Below are positions 62,655 through 64,000 of a stretch of 64,000 nucleotides of DNA, piece by piece. The stretch lies in contig NC_087436.1 in NCBI RefSeq assembly GCF_036321535.1, positions 106,270,001 through 106,334,000 of the forward strand. Direction: 5' to 3'. The translations under genes were made by a program, and so were the position numbers. The stretch is from Camelus dromedarius. Lineage: Eukaryota. Below the pieces are notes generated by a model, which had not been told where the DNA came from, searched no databases, and saw only the letters and a list, made by a program, of their open reading frames with translations. Numbering within the stretch: the stretch's first letter is position 1; each line of letters starts with the position of its first letter.

Positions 62655-63123
62655 TTTTGGCAAACACTGATGGCTGTCCCTCCATATCTCTCATTTCTTC
62701 TTTACTGTAGTGTAGCAGCTCTGAGTTCTAGCGGAGCACCTGACTGCCCAGTTACAGACTCCATTTCTTTGACTTTCTTGTAGTGGGGCAGTGTAGTGTT
62801 GTAGCCAATGGGATGTGAGTGAGCATGTTTTCAACTTCCAGGCCCCACCCATAAAGAGCAGGAGCATGCCTAGTAGAATGTCATGTTCCTCTTCCCAATG
62901 GCTGGAATGTTGTCATGATAGCAGGAGCTGGGGCAGCCCTCTAGGTCAGTGTGTTGAGGATGGTCAGGTACCTACCATTCAGGCTAAATACTTGAAACAG
63001 TCCTAGCATTTCAGACTAGGACTGCATGTTATTTGAACTACCATGAGAAACTTTTTTTCTTTTTAACCCACTGTTATTTTGAGCATCTTTGTTATGGTAA
63101 AACATCTATCTCCTGACAGATAA
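62655..63123 (+). mobile_element. MaLR solo LTR, MLT1J-like
   Basis: ggcaaacactg...tgcccagttacagactccatttc...gccaatgggatgtgag...ggctggaatg...ttttaacccactgttattttg. Confidence 0.75.
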
Positions 63124-63504
63124 AAAACCCATACTGGGGAGAGAAGGCATATACCAAGGAGTTTCTCAGAAATCTCTTGCTTATGGGTGAGGGTGGATAT
63201 ACTTTTAGTGTTTGAGGAGAAATGAGATGAAAAGTATCACTTTCTTGATGCAGCCGAGTCAAAACTTCTTGTTCTTTGTCTGATTAATTCTGCGCCTCAA
63301 TTTTGGTCTTGCATTTTGTTTCTGCCTCAGGGCCCGTTTGTCATACAAGCTCTTATGCTTCCCTTTTCTTTAATGCAGTCACCCTCATCCCATCCCTGAG
63401 CTCTCTCTTCCCACAAAGACCAGCATCTCCTTAGCTTTCCCATTCCTTGTGGTCTCAAAGAAAAGTACCATGGCTGAGCACTTTGTGGTCAAACAAATCA
63501 GGGC

Positions 63505-63585
63505 AAAAAAAAAAAAAAAAAAAAAAGAAATTCAAGAACAAGAAATAAAAAAAAGAAATACAAAACCAAAACCAAAACCAAACAA
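63505..63585 (+). repeat. Poly-A / (AAAACC)n low-complexity tract
   Basis: Run of about 22 A then caaaaccaaaaccaaaaccaaac. Confidence 0.9.
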
Positions 63586-64000
63586 GGAAGAAGAATAATT
63601 TTTTAAAAACACATACACATGGAGAAATTACAGAGCTTAAAAAGCTTTTGACGTTCCTGCTTTTAGGTCCTTGATGTCTGTTCTTGGCTCCCCTCTGAAG
63701 GTGTGGGGCTGTCCTCTCGGTTTCTGTGCAGGGAAACTTCCTCCTCCTGACTCCTTCTCTTTAATAGGTGATGCTGATCCCTTTTTCCAGAAATGCTGTT
63801 TTTCCAGCCCACACCTAATTTCTCTCAAGCTGCCCAGCTGGCTTGAGTGGCTGTAAGGGACCTAAAGGGGAATTTCTGCAGCAATGGTATCCTGGAAACA
63901 TTTCCTCCTCGTTGTCCTTGGAAATGTGATGTCCCTTGGTGGGCGTGCTGTTTAACATTGTTCTGTGAGTTCAGAAAAGACAGCATACATGCCAAGTCTG

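Noticed and set aside
1..64000. All ORFs in the six-frame track
   Set aside because: Short (at most 136 aa), many with non-ATG starts, overlapping repeats or low-complexity DNA, with no recognisable domain and no chain of consistent exons.

Overview
Mammalian, most likely camelid, non-coding DNA. The lineage call rests on a Vic-1-type tRNA-derived SINE and artiodactyl-type L1 3' ends. I can support no protein-coding gene, RNA gene or CpG-island promoter, and the listed ORFs look spurious. The window is dominated by old interspersed repeats: many MIR and L2 fragments, L1M, MaLR/ERVL solo LTRs, and hAT and TcMar MITEs. There are a few younger L1/SINE insertions. Several repeat-poor blocks rich in homeodomain/TALE/FOX motifs look like enhancer-type non-coding elements, consistent with a long intron or gene desert; the host locus cannot be identified from sequence alone. 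The most unusual direct observation is a perfect 32-bp inverted repeat (32994-33025 / 33713-33744) with arms about 690 bp apart. Also notable are a short L1 with twin-priming-like inversion and TSDs, nested repeats, and candidate cryptic exons or splice motifs. All repeat names are from recalled consensus sequences and boundaries are approximate.
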